A stretch of DNA of 64,000 nucleotides from Clostridiaceae bacterium (GTDB lineage Bacteria > Bacillota > Clostridia > Saccharofermentanales > DTU023), in the NCBI GenBank assembly GCA_012839385.1, contig DUNL01000107.1, forward strand, positions 1,593 through 65,592, written 5' to 3'. The notes under the pieces were generated by a model. That model saw only the letters and a list, made by a program, of their open reading frames with translations. It did no database searches and was not told the DNA's origin. The translations under genes and the position numbers were made by a program. How positions within the stretch are numbered: position 1 is the first letter of the stretch; every line of letters starts with the position of its first letter. Shown here in pieces: positions 38,600-48,101 of the stretch.

Positions 38600-40018
38600 T
38601 TATTTTTTATCATCAATTAAAATTGTACTGAAATAACCAAGCTCAGTATCCACCACCTCCGAGATGTCGGAAAAGATACTCTCGTCGGGCAAACCACAGT
38701 TTACTACCATGCCTGTATTTTTTGTCAGTCCTTTTTCCTTTAATAGTTCTAGCAAAGTTGACAAATCACGTGACGGTTTCATGATTACTTTGGATCCGTC
38801 TCTATCCAGAGCATCTTCCAGATTCGTATAGGCAGCGGGCAAGATCGTCAACGGCAGATCTCTGCTCGTAAGGCTGCGTCCCAATTTTGCCGCCGCGGCG
38901 CTGTAACTTGTTATGCCGGGTACTATATAGGCTTCAACTCCGGCCAATTTCAATAACGGGTAGAGATAGTGAACAGTGGAAAAAGTACTGGCGTCACCTA
39001 AATTTAGCATGGCGACATCTTGTTCTAAATCCAGTACGTCTAACAGTCTAAAAGTTTGAACTACATGGTTAGCCTGAGACACTTTCTTATCACGGGTCAT
39101 AGGAAAGTCAAGATAAATCAATTCTTTGTCTTTACTAGAAACAGCCTTTTCGACAATATCCAAAGCCAAAGTATTTTCGCCCATGGTTCGAGGTACCGCC
39201 CAGACAGGACATTGTTCAAGTATTCTAACTGCTTTGAGAGTTAAGAGTTCCGGATCACCCGGCCCTACTCCTACCCCATAAAAGCGACCACGCAGACAAT
39301 TTCTTACTTGTTCCGTAACCAAACGCTGGATTTCCTCATATTCACCCAAGCCTCTTGGCTCACCCTCAAGCACGTAACCTTCAGCAGACAAGGCGGAGTG
39401 AATACCGTCCTCGCCGAAAATATCATTCAAGGCGTGATCTCCGGCTACATACAATAAGGGAATCAGTTGAATCGTTCGCTCCGGAGAAAGACGTTCTTTA
39501 AGTCCGGAAATATTATTCTTACCCTCCAGAGTCGCGATTATTGTATCCTCCCCTAACAAAGCTTCCAGGCGGTCATAATTCCGATCTTGAGCATGCGCGG
39601 TACCATGGCCGATAAAAAGCCTGGTTATTCCCGGACGCGGCGGGTAAATCTCGTTCAGGGCGGAGGCGAAATCCGCTCGATCTAATTCAGTAGTAAGCAA
39701 AGGTCTACCCAGGCGAGGAAGATAATTAATATGTTTATTTATCAGGCCCAGAGCTTTTTCATATTCGAAGCCTGGTAATAGATGAGTGAAAACAAAGATA
39801 GCTTCTCTCTCTCCCAATTCAGTGAGAACTTCCGGCAGGTCAGGATAATGAATTCCTTGTTTAGACAGGGTTTTACGCACCATTTGACTAGTAAAAGCCA
39901 TATAGACAGGGTGTTCAGGAAAGCTATCATTTAGTCTTGTCATCAAGACATCATATGATAGCTTTCTGGCCGTCTCATAACTAGTACCAAAACTAACCAC
40001 CACGATTGCTTTTTTCAT
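38600..40018 (-). CDS. cbiKL: Fusion of sirohydrochlorin cobaltochelatase (CbiK) and cobalt-factor II C20-methyltransferase (CbiL)
   Basis: 472 aa. Residues 1 to about 240 are CbiK-like (AIVVVSFGTSY, THLLPGFEY). Residues about 243-472 are a tetrapyrrole methylase (FYGVGVGPGDPELLTLKA, GDASTFS). Confidence 0.88.
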   Translation of the reverse strand: MKKAIVVVSFGTSYETARKLSYDVLMTRLNDSFPEHPVYMAFTSQMVRKTLSKQGIHYPDLPEVLTELGEREAIFVFTHLLPGFEYEKALGLINKHINYLPRLGRPLLTTELDRADFASALNEIYPPRPGITRLFIGHGTAHAQDRNYDRLEALLGEDTIIATLEGKNNISGLKERLSPERTIQLIPLLYVAGDHALNDIFGEDGIHSALSAEGYVLEGEPRGLGEYEEIQRLVTEQVRNCLRGRFYGVGVGPGDPELLTLKAVRILEQCPVWAVPRTMGENTLALDIVEKAVSSKDKELIYLDFPMTRDKKVSQANHVVQTFRLLDVLDLEQDVAMLNLGDASTFSTVHYLYPLLKLAGVEAYIVPGITSYSAAAAKLGRSLTSRDLPLTILPAAYTNLEDALDRDGSKVIMKPSRDLSTLLELLKEKGLTKNTGMVVNCGLPDESIFSDISEVVDTELGYFSTILIDDKK

Positions 40019-40099
40019 TTAGCTCATCCTCCCTAGTTATTGTCTGTTCAAGTTAAAGCACTAAAATTAAGTATACTCAACGCAAGTTTCCACGCCACA

Positions 40100-40921
40100 T
40101 TATGAAAAAGCATTTAGCATTTCGGCCAATTCCTGATGAGAACGAGGAATTGAGCCCGCGGCGATTAGGCCTGCTTTTTGTAGCAATGAAGCTGTTTTAA
40201 CCAGGTCCGGCAAAACCAGATTGGCTTGCCTTAAAAGAGATTCATCTATTAAAACTTCCTCCGGCGATCCCTCTTTAATCAACATACCTTGATTCAAAAT
40301 GAATATCTTGTCGGCCAGGCGTAGGGCAAGATTAACGTCATGAGTAGCTAAAAGTAATGTCTTTCCTTCTGCTTTTAAATCCTTCAAGATTTCTTCAACA
40401 ACAGAAGCATGAAGTGGATCAAGTGATGACATCGGCTCATCAAAAATCAATAGCTCCGGTTCCATTACTAAAATACCCGCTAAAGCAACCTTTTGCTTCT
40501 CTCCACCACTGAGATAAGCGGTAGGTTGGAAGCGCAAGTCGGTCAATCCCATTTTATCTAGGATCCTGTCAATCCGCTTATTTGTTTCCGCGGGAGATAA
40601 CCCCAAATTTAACGGTCCAAAAGAAACATCTTCCTCCACTGTCGCGCCAAGAATTTGATCATCCGGATTTTGAAACAACAAGACAACTCGGGATCTCAAG
40701 GCTGACAAACTGCTATTGTTATATTTTAAGGGTTCACCACAGTAGAAGATCTCGCCCGAATCAGGCTTCAGCAAACCGTTAAGATGGAAGAACAATGTGC
40801 TTTTGCCAGCCCCGTTCTCACCTAAAATTACATGGCATTGACCTTTTTCTAAGCTTAAACTAAGTTCCTTTAATACAGGTTTTTCTTTCTCATAGGAGAA
40901 ACTTACTTTATCTAATCGCAT
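40100..40921 (-). CDS. cbiO: Cobalt ECF transporter ATPase
   Basis: Walker A GENGAGKST, signature LSGGEKQ, Walker B LLIFDEP. Start placed at ATG 40921 (MRLDKVSF), overlapping the cbiQ TGA by 1 nt. Confidence 0.88.
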   Translation of the reverse strand: MRLDKVSFSYEKEKPVLKELSLSLEKGQCHVILGENGAGKSTLFFHLNGLLKPDSGEIFYCGEPLKYNNSSLSALRSRVVLLFQNPDDQILGATVEEDVSFGPLNLGLSPAETNKRIDRILDKMGLTDLRFQPTAYLSGGEKQKVALAGILVMEPELLIFDEPMSSLDPLHASVVEEILKDLKAEGKTLLLATHDVNLALRLADKIFILNQGMLIKEGSPEEVLIDESLLRQANLVLPDLVKTASLLQKAGLIAAGSIPRSHQELAEMLNAFS

Positions 40922-41790
40922 CAAATCCAAGCCAAGACTCCTCCCAAACGCAAACCGATTACTGTTAAATAAAGCACCGCGAACAGCAAATGCCAAATTC
41001 TATGCTTGACAGGCCGTGTCAAAAATGTCAGCTTACCATTATAGCCACGGGCTAACATCCCATCATAAGACGAACGCGCTTGTTCTAAGCTTCTGCGCAT
41101 TAATTGACTCCAGATCAAACCGGTAGAACGGATGCCGTTCTTGAAAGTACTGTTACCACATCTAGACCGCGAAGCCTGTCTCATTTTTTCATACATGGTG
41201 GAAAAAATATAGACAAACTTGAGCATCAGTGTCATAAATTCAATAATTAATGCCGGTATTCGCATTTTTTGTAAAGTCTCTATCAATACAGAAAGTGGTG
41301 TCGAAAATATCAGAGCATACAAACAGGATATAGCGGCAAATACCCTTGCCGTCAGCAACCAGCCGAACTGAGTTCCGGCCTCATCTATTGACAAACTCAG
41401 TGGAGAGAAACTGAGATCATAGCGAAAAACTAACATACCGGCCAGCACAAAACTAATGGGAATAAATAGAGCCGATAAATATATTCTGAGCGGTACTTTG
41501 CCAACAAATACGGTAATAATAGCCATGCTCAAAATAACAAATATAAACAGCACCGGATCAGATTGTGATACGCAAATAATCAGCACGGTTAGGAAAAAAA
41601 GTAGTTTAGATATTCCCGGGATCTTATGGAGTGGACTTTTATAAGCATATTTGTCAATAGCCGTTATCTGATGAAAATGATCATGCACAAAAAAAGTGAG
41701 CACAAAACCGGCGATAACAATCCCGGTTTTTGTGCCCAACAGATAAAGGACTATGCCTATAAAAACAGCTTTAACAAGGCGTCTTGTCAT
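40921..41790 (-). CDS. cbiQ: Cobalt ECF transporter T component
   Basis: 289 aa polytopic membrane protein between cbiN and cbiO, with a C-terminal SRCG/ARGY-type coupling motif region. Confidence 0.82.
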   Translation of the reverse strand: MTRRLVKAVFIGIVLYLLGTKTGIVIAGFVLTFFVHDHFHQITAIDKYAYKSPLHKIPGISKLLFFLTVLIICVSQSDPVLFIFVILSMAIITVFVGKVPLRIYLSALFIPISFVLAGMLVFRYDLSFSPLSLSIDEAGTQFGWLLTARVFAAISCLYALIFSTPLSVLIETLQKMRIPALIIEFMTLMLKFVYIFSTMYEKMRQASRSRCGNSTFKNGIRSTGLIWSQLMRRSLEQARSSYDGMLARGYNGKLTFLTRPVKHRIWHLLFAVLYLTVIGLRLGGVLAWI

Positions 41791-41798
41791 AATTTAGA

Positions 41799-42104
41799 TT
41801 AAGCGCGATCAGCATCAGTTTGCGTTACGTTCTTTTTACGAGCTACCAGATAGCCAAAACCAAAACCAATTACAATCGCGCCGAGAGCTGCCTGTAACGC
41901 GAACAACAAGCTCTCCGTCTCACCCCCCGGCGGTTCCATAATATTCTCCGCCCAAGGCTCATAGTCCGGATTGATAGCTGACACTCTCTCCTCAGCCTCA
42001 CCATCGGCACCTTCAAATTCACTATCTTTAATAAGAATCAAAGGAATAACTGTTACGGCTATCGCCAAGAGAATTAGTACAATAACCAATGTTTTTCTAT
42101 TCAC
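41799..42104 (-). CDS. cbiN: Cobalt transport protein CbiN
   Basis: 101 aa with two TM helices flanking an acidic loop, overlapping cbiM by 4 nt. Confidence 0.85.
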   Translation of the reverse strand: MNRKTLVIVLILLAIAVTVIPLILIKDSEFEGADGEAEERVSAINPDYEPWAENIMEPPGGETESLLFALQAALGAIVIGFGFGYLVARKKNVTQTDADRA

Positions 42105-42853
42105 GCCCTTGCCTCCTCAAAATAACCCAATCCCTTCAGTTCCGGTCGGGCATAGCTTTCAAAGCCGATAATTACTATAACCGTTATCAATCCTTCAATT
42201 ATCGCGATTGGGACCTGAGTAATAGCGAAGATGCCCATAAACTCTGTGAGAGAAGCGGCAAATCCACCATTGGCAGCGGGGTGGGCCAAAGCAAGCTGGA
42301 AAGAAGTGACAACATAAGTAAGGAGATCACTCAAGGCCGTAGCTAGGAAAATGCCTACCAAGCGGTTGATTTTCAGTTTCTTAGTTAAAAGATAGACACC
42401 GACAGCGACAAAGGGACCCACAATACCCATACTAAAAGTATTTGCCCCCAGTGTAGTTAGACCCCCATGAGCTAGCAGTAAAGACTGGAATAATAGCACC
42501 AGCACACTGATAAAGGCCATGGGTAGAGCGCCAAAAAGAACTGCCCCTAGACCGGTACCGGTAGGATGAGATGAACTACCGGTCACACTGGGAATTTTTA
42601 GAGCCGATAGCACAAAGCAATAGGCCCCTGCCATAGCAAAAATAAGTAAAAGCTTTCTGTTCTCCCTAATTTTTTTGCGAATACTGAAGTAGCCGCCAAT
42701 AACGAAGGGAAGCGCGATAACACCCCAAATAACCGCATGTACTAATGGAAGATATCCTTCCATTATATGCATAGCATTTATAACCGGAGAAACGGCCAGA
42801 AACGCTGTCGTCATTAGGGCTAGACCCAGTATAAGTTTCCCTTTAGACTTCAT
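42101..42853 (-). CDS. cbiM: Cobalt ECF transporter substrate-capture component CbiM (with signal-like leader)
   Basis: 250 aa. A 27-aa leader precedes the conserved MHIMEGYLP metal-binding N-terminus. AGGAGG SD at 42860-42865. Confidence 0.92.
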   Translation of the reverse strand: MKSKGKLILGLALMTTAFLAVSPVINAMHIMEGYLPLVHAVIWGVIALPFVIGGYFSIRKKIRENRKLLLIFAMAGAYCFVLSALKIPSVTGSSSHPTGTGLGAVLFGALPMAFISVLVLLFQSLLLAHGGLTTLGANTFSMGIVGPFVAVGVYLLTKKLKINRLVGIFLATALSDLLTYVVTSFQLALAHPAANGGFAASLTEFMGIFAITQVPIAIIEGLITVIVIIGFESYARPELKGLGYFEEARA

Positions 42854-42865
42854 TTAATACCTCCT

Positions 42866-42903
42866 TTAAAATAAAAACACTTCCCGCATAGTGGGAAGTG
42901 TTT
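42866..42903 (-). terminator. Expression-platform intrinsic terminator of the cobalamin riboswitch
   Basis: On the minus strand, AAACACUUCCC-ACUAUGC-GGGAAGUGUUU (11-bp stem) is followed by UUAUUUU and ends immediately before the cbiM SD. Confidence 0.8.
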
Positions 42904-42941
42904 AGCCTCCTCTATGCCTCGTAGAGCTGCTATATAACAAT

Positions 42942-43021
42942 CTGATGAGGCAGTTTTCTGGCTTAAATCACAGTGGCGGGACCGCAGAGAATTCTCATCT
43001 CATTTGCCTGCTTGTCATCAG
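42942..43021 (-). promoter_or_regulatory. Cobalamin (B12) riboswitch aptamer
   Basis: The minus-strand RNA is CUGAUGA...GAGAUGAGAAUUCUCUGCGGUCCCGCCACUGUGAUUUAAGCCAGAAAACUGCCUCAUCAG. It contains the conserved GCCACUG core, a B12-box-like AGCCAGAAAACUGCC, a GAGA/UCUC hairpin with a UGAGAAU loop, and a closing P1 CUGAUGA/UCAUCAG. Recognised by eye against the remembered RF00174 consensus. Confidence 0.82.
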
Positions 43022-43040
43022 CTAAATTGTCTATTTATGT

Positions 43041-43069
43041 ATTTTAGCACGAGTGTGTGACAAAAACAA
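43041..43069 (-). promoter_or_regulatory. Putative sigma-70-type promoter for the riboswitch-cbiM operon
   Basis: On the minus strand: TTGTTT (43069-43064), a 17-nt spacer, then an extended -10 TGCTAAAAT (43049-43041). Confidence 0.45.
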
Positions 43070-43146
43070 TTCCTGTTAACCCCGGAACATTATTGGAGTT
43101 TCATATGAATAATATTAATTCTCTAAAAGAACAACAGTCACGGTAA

Positions 43147-44592
43147 CTAGCAATTTTTTTCAGTCCAAACTGAGACTGTCCTGCCGTTTACCGTAAAATC
43201 CGCTCCACCCTTCTCGTCCAGAACTAATTGCTCCGACCGATTTCCGGTCATATCATACCAGGTCTGACCGAAACGATCGGCGCCTAATTCAATATAGACA
43301 CTGTTTTCAGCTCCAGTAGAAAGAATGCAAACCAGGCCGGAGTGTGGATATTTGAGATCACCTTCACGAACAAAGGCGATGGCATTTTTGTCGAAAAAGT
43401 AATCTTTCTCCGGTCCATAGGCCCTTTCTTTCCTAGCCAATAATAATGGTCTCAAGACATCCGCTAAGCCCTCACCTCCTGCGATACCATAGTAATCACC
43501 ATAGAAAAGGCAAGGATAGCCATCGCGACGCAGCAAAATTAAAGCATACGCCAACGGTTTGAACCAGTCCGCCACAAAAGACTCTAAAGCTTGTCCGGGC
43601 TGTGAGTCATGATTGTCAACAAAGGTAACAACATTGAGGGGATTGACTTGAACCAATGTATTGTCAAAAACTTCTCGTAAGTCGAAGGCACTACCTTCAT
43701 TAGCGGCTCTTTCAAAGTTAAAGTGCAAAGCAACATCAAACAACTGCATATGATAATGGACATTGTCCAAATATTGACGCATGCGCTCAATATCAGCAGT
43801 CCAGTATTCACCAACTACATAGATATCAGATTTTACACGCTTACGCATTTCTTCAATAAAGCCCAGCATAAATGGCTCGTCAATATGTTTGACAGCGTCC
43901 AAGCGCATACCGTCAAAATCAAAACGAGATAGATACCATTCTGCCCAGTTATAAAGCTCACGAATTACATCCGGATGCGAAGTATCAATATCCGCGTGCA
44001 TTAAATAATCATAGTTACCATATTCCGGATCAACCGCCATACCAAAGCCTTTATTTTCACCAACAATTCTAAAAACACCGGTTTGGCCTGTAGCTTGATC
44101 AAAGTCTATAGCAGCGAAATGTTCAAAAGTCCACTTAAACTGAGAGTATTTATCACCCCGGCCCGGAAAGGTAAATTTAGTCCAGCCTTCAATCTCTCTC
44201 GGCTCACCAATTTCTACAGTGCGATCTTTAGGATCAACAGGAACTGCCATGAAACGTTCCGTTTCATCAGCTCCGGCTTTGTGGTTAAGTACAACATCCG
44301 CGTAAACTCGAATGCCAGACTCGTGCATGACGGCAACTAGTTGTTGTAATTCAGTAGCTGTACCGTATTTTGTGGGAATAGTATCCTTTTGCCGGAACTC
44401 ACCAATATCGTAAAGATCGTAGGCGCTATAACCGGTATCGAATACAGATGTACCCTTATAAGCTGGAGGTAGCCAGATGCCGGTAACGCCTATTTCTTTG
44501 AGTTCGGGAGCCATGTTAATCAAACGTCGCCAATGTCTACTATCTGCCGGCAAATACCAACAAAAACCTTGAAACAAAAGTCCATTAAGCAC
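43147..44592 (-). CDS. Cytoplasmic GH13 alpha-amylase
   Basis: All four GH13 regions are present: DVVLNH, GMRLDAVKH, VGEYW, FVDNHD. No signal peptide. GTG start with an AGGAGGTG SD. Confidence 0.92.
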   Translation of the reverse strand: MLNGLLFQGFCWYLPADSRHWRRLINMAPELKEIGVTGIWLPPAYKGTSVFDTGYSAYDLYDIGEFRQKDTIPTKYGTATELQQLVAVMHESGIRVYADVVLNHKAGADETERFMAVPVDPKDRTVEIGEPREIEGWTKFTFPGRGDKYSQFKWTFEHFAAIDFDQATGQTGVFRIVGENKGFGMAVDPEYGNYDYLMHADIDTSHPDVIRELYNWAEWYLSRFDFDGMRLDAVKHIDEPFMLGFIEEMRKRVKSDIYVVGEYWTADIERMRQYLDNVHYHMQLFDVALHFNFERAANEGSAFDLREVFDNTLVQVNPLNVVTFVDNHDSQPGQALESFVADWFKPLAYALILLRRDGYPCLFYGDYYGIAGGEGLADVLRPLLLARKERAYGPEKDYFFDKNAIAFVREGDLKYPHSGLVCILSTGAENSVYIELGADRFGQTWYDMTGNRSEQLVLDEKGGADFTVNGRTVSVWTEKNC

Positions 44593-44708
44593 AAATAGTC
44601 ACCTCCTGAAACAATAAAGACAATTTAAATTGGGGACTATTGCCATTAAATTTCCCTACAATCAATTTAGCGCTACATGCTACTGCATTATAATCTGTTT
44701 CTAAAGCG

Positions 44709-47700
44709 CTAATTAAGAAGTCCTTGCGCTCTTGATAAATGCTTGTATAGAACCCGCAAAGCATAATCAATCTGCTCCGGCTTATGCGCTGAAGTAAGAC
44801 AATAGCGAAGTCTTGCCTGTCCCATCGGTACAGCGGGGAAGATAGCCGGCGGCACAATGATACCATCTTCCATCATATCGACACTGAGCTTAAAGGCAAG
44901 ATCGTCAGGTCCTATCATAATAGGCACAATAGCTGTATCTTTGGCTAAACAGGTGTCAAAACCTAACTCATGCGCTCGCTTGAGAAAATAGGCTATATTG
45001 TTTTGTAGTGCTTTGACTCTGCTGTTATCTCTAGCCATTATCTCTAATACTTTAAGGGCGGCGCCTGTCAGAGCAGGACTTAAGCCCACTGAGAAAGTAA
45101 AACCCGGCAAATTATAGCGCAGATAATCTATCAGTAATTTGTCACCTGCTAAATAACCACCACAGGTACCTAACCCTTTAGACAAAGTACCCATTTTAAT
45201 ATCGATATCGTCAGGAGCTAGCCCGAAATATTCATCAACACCTTCTCCATTTTCACCTAAAACACAAGCAGAGTGAGCTTCGTCTACCATAAGAAAGCAA
45301 CCATATTCTTTCTTGATGCGAACAAACTCAGGTACCGGAGCCACATCACCGTCCATGCTATAGGCTCCTTCAATAATTATGAGAACCTTCTCATAATCAT
45401 CCCTATGTTGTCTAAGATAATCTTCTAAGGCTTGGTAGTCGTTATGGGGGAAAAATTTACTACTGGCTCGAGAAAGCAAAATTCCCTGTATAACTGAATT
45501 ATGACTAAGCCGATCGTATATGATCAGGTCGCCTGAACCGCAAAAATTGCCGACAAATGTAACATTAGTAGCATGTCCGCTGACCAAAACCAGAGCGTCC
45601 TCTGTCCTCTTCCAGCGAGCGATTGCTGCTTCTAATTTCTTATGAATATCCTTTTCCCCGGCCAATAATCTACTACCGCTAGCTGAAGTTCCATATTTCT
45701 CTACCGCGGCGATAGCTGCAGCGTTTACTTCCGGATCTCCTGACATGGCCAGGTAATTGTACGAACCTAGATTTATCATTTCCCGCCCATTCATGTAGGA
45801 TACATCCTTGAGAGGTGATTCCTGAGCTATAAAGTAAGGATTAAACATATCGCTACTCGCTAACAACGTTTCAGAGCGTTTGGTAAACTGTTTAATTTCT
45901 CTAATCTTGTCAAAACTATCCACACGCTCTTCAGGCGATCTAACTTTCGTTTCCAGCGAAATCCTTGATTCTTTATCTCCCTTGCCGGAACCGGCTACAT
46001 GTTGGTGAATAAGTGATGTTATATCATTCAAATTCATACAACTATAGTACTCATCATCAACTATGGCGATATTGTATTCTTTCTCCAAAAGGTTGAGCAA
46101 AGTAAGGCTAGATAAACTATCACCACCCAAATCAAGAATAAAATGTCCTGTGTCGGATATTTCATCCTCTTCCAGATCTAGAGCTTCGGCAAAGAAGCCT
46201 TTGACGGTTTCTTTAATTTCACTGATAGAGAGTCCGGAGTCCGTAGTACCATGATTTTCCTGATCTGTAAGGCTGGAAGTCTTACTATGCTCTTCAGAGA
46301 TTTTAACGTCATCCTCAACTGCCTTAACATCGCTAGTTTCTATTTTTGTATCTTGCGCCGAATCATTAGCTGTTATTTGTTCCTCGATGTATTTAGATAA
46401 GGTCATAGTTGGCCAGGATCCTTGATTAATTTGTTGAGCCAGAATTTGGCGTTTAACCTTTCTGGTTGTAGATAGCGGCAGAGGTTCCAAACTAATCAAC
46501 ACATTAGAAATGGCTGAAGAAGGCGGTAATTTAACCATACGGCCTCTTAATGCCTCTTGCAATTCGATAAGATTAGCATCCGGTACCAACTCCAAAAGCA
46601 AGTTGGCATATTTATATTTGTCTGATTGGATACCAATTACCGTTAGCTCACGAACGCCGGGTAAATCTTGGAAGTTTGCTTCGACAGTATCAGGATAGAT
46701 ATTCTCGCCGGAAGGGCCGATAATAACTTCTTTAATTCTAGCGTCAATGTAAATAACATTGTTTTCTATACGACCGACATCACCTGTGCGGAACCACTCG
46801 CCACTCCTGTAATCAACAGCATGGAAGCGGCCAGACTTTAGGACACCTATATATAAACTCTCACCTCTCAGAAGAATCTCGCCTTCAGGTGAAAGCTTGA
46901 TAACTTCGGGTAATATAGCTTCACCAACGCTGCCCGTCACGCGTTCACTAACATTTTCAGTATTGCAAACTGAGACAATATTGGCCTCTGTCAAACCATA
47001 ACCCGAACTGAGATAATAGCCAAGACCATTGATTACACGCAATACATGCTCAGGAATATATCCGCCTCCGCTACAACCAAGATAGATATCATCACCAAGT
47101 AATTGTTCCCTGATTAACTTGAGTTTTTCCGCGTAATCCGGGGGGAGTTCTACGCCCGCCGCTTGTGCTTCAAGACTGCTCTCAATCATCTTTTCAAAAG
47201 CGGCCAGAGCGTCCTTGCCCTCTAACATACGAATTTTTCTATAGAGTCCCTTGACAACAGCATTCCAAAAAAGAGGAATACTGATAATCTGCGTGACTTT
47301 GTGTCGACGACAACACTCGAGAACAACTTCAGGAGCCATACCGGTAGGAAAAACCAAAGTATTACCCGCAACATGAGTTAACATAAATACAGCCATCAGT
47401 CCAAAGACATGATTAAAAGGTAGAAAAGACAAACACTTCTCAGTAAATCCGAACCGCAGCCAACGATCAGTCTTTTTTGAAAGCAGGACCAGGCCCTCTA
47501 CCATACTTAGTATGCCCGCGCTGTCATGCACGAAAACTCTGGCATCCCCGGTAGTACCGCTGGTACAAAGAGCGATCCTATCTCCCCAGACCGAATTTAA
47601 CGGGAAGTCAGAAGCTTCTTCAATCAATGAAGCTGGAGGCAAATACGAGATGTCCTCAGATAGTTGATCCGTAATCAAAGTCTCTGTTCCCGCTTGTGCC

Positions 47701-48035
47701 ATAAGCTCTATCGCGCTATCCAAATCATGTAAATAATTCAACAAAAGCAAATCATATCCTGCTGCCAAGATAGCCCAGAACAGAATGCAAAATTCGGGAC
47801 TATTCGGAAGTCTAAGCGCAATATATTTATCTTTAGAACCAACTTTCTCTCGTAATTTATGAGCGGTACCCTTGACCAAACGATCATATTCTTCATATGA
47901 AGTCTGAATCAAAATATCATCTTGATAATATTCAAAAATATGCTTATTCCGGCCATTACTGACTACGAATGCGTAGCAATCAGAAAAACTACTTGAAGTC
48001 TTAATGTTCTGAATCAACTGTTCAATTGTAAGCAT
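44709..48035 (-). CDS. Tri-domain enzyme: ANL adenylate-forming (fatty-acyl-AMP/ACP ligase-like) domain, carrier protein, and alpha-oxoamine synthase (AONS/SPT-fold PLP) domain
   Basis: 1108 aa. Adenylation motifs: TSGTTG (158-163), GYGLTE (345-350), TGD (417-419), RKVK (525-528). An acidic/Ser-Thr linker spans about 550-600. Carrier motif LDLGGDS with Ser640 (codon 46116-46118). AONS motifs: GSYNYLAMSG, SGHATN, DEAHS (918-922), TLSK with Lys953 (codon 45177-45179). Confidence 0.9.
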   Translation of the reverse strand: MLTIEQLIQNIKTSSSFSDCYAFVVSNGRNKHIFEYYQDDILIQTSYEEYDRLVKGTAHKLREKVGSKDKYIALRLPNSPEFCILFWAILAAGYDLLLLNYLHDLDSAIELMAQAGTETLITDQLSEDISYLPPASLIEEASDFPLNSVWGDRIALCTSGTTGDARVFVHDSAGILSMVEGLVLLSKKTDRWLRFGFTEKCLSFLPFNHVFGLMAVFMLTHVAGNTLVFPTGMAPEVVLECCRRHKVTQIISIPLFWNAVVKGLYRKIRMLEGKDALAAFEKMIESSLEAQAAGVELPPDYAEKLKLIREQLLGDDIYLGCSGGGYIPEHVLRVINGLGYYLSSGYGLTEANIVSVCNTENVSERVTGSVGEAILPEVIKLSPEGEILLRGESLYIGVLKSGRFHAVDYRSGEWFRTGDVGRIENNVIYIDARIKEVIIGPSGENIYPDTVEANFQDLPGVRELTVIGIQSDKYKYANLLLELVPDANLIELQEALRGRMVKLPPSSAISNVLISLEPLPLSTTRKVKRQILAQQINQGSWPTMTLSKYIEEQITANDSAQDTKIETSDVKAVEDDVKISEEHSKTSSLTDQENHGTTDSGLSISEIKETVKGFFAEALDLEEDEISDTGHFILDLGGDSLSSLTLLNLLEKEYNIAIVDDEYYSCMNLNDITSLIHQHVAGSGKGDKESRISLETKVRSPEERVDSFDKIREIKQFTKRSETLLASSDMFNPYFIAQESPLKDVSYMNGREMINLGSYNYLAMSGDPEVNAAAIAAVEKYGTSASGSRLLAGEKDIHKKLEAAIARWKRTEDALVLVSGHATNVTFVGNFCGSGDLIIYDRLSHNSVIQGILLSRASSKFFPHNDYQALEDYLRQHRDDYEKVLIIIEGAYSMDGDVAPVPEFVRIKKEYGCFLMVDEAHSACVLGENGEGVDEYFGLAPDDIDIKMGTLSKGLGTCGGYLAGDKLLIDYLRYNLPGFTFSVGLSPALTGAALKVLEIMARDNSRVKALQNNIAYFLKRAHELGFDTCLAKDTAIVPIMIGPDDLAFKLSVDMMEDGIIVPPAIFPAVPMGQARLRYCLTSAHKPEQIDYALRVLYKHLSRAQGLLN

Positions 48036-48101
48036 AAAACACCTCTAAAATTACTCTAAAGAAATTTATATATCTATCAATTTATTATTTCTTAGACATA
48101 T

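Noticed and set aside
44585-44866. 93-aa minus-strand ORF spanning the amylase / megaenzyme junction
   Set aside because: It overlaps the 3' end of the 1108-aa gene in another frame and the amylase SD. No motifs. Spurious.
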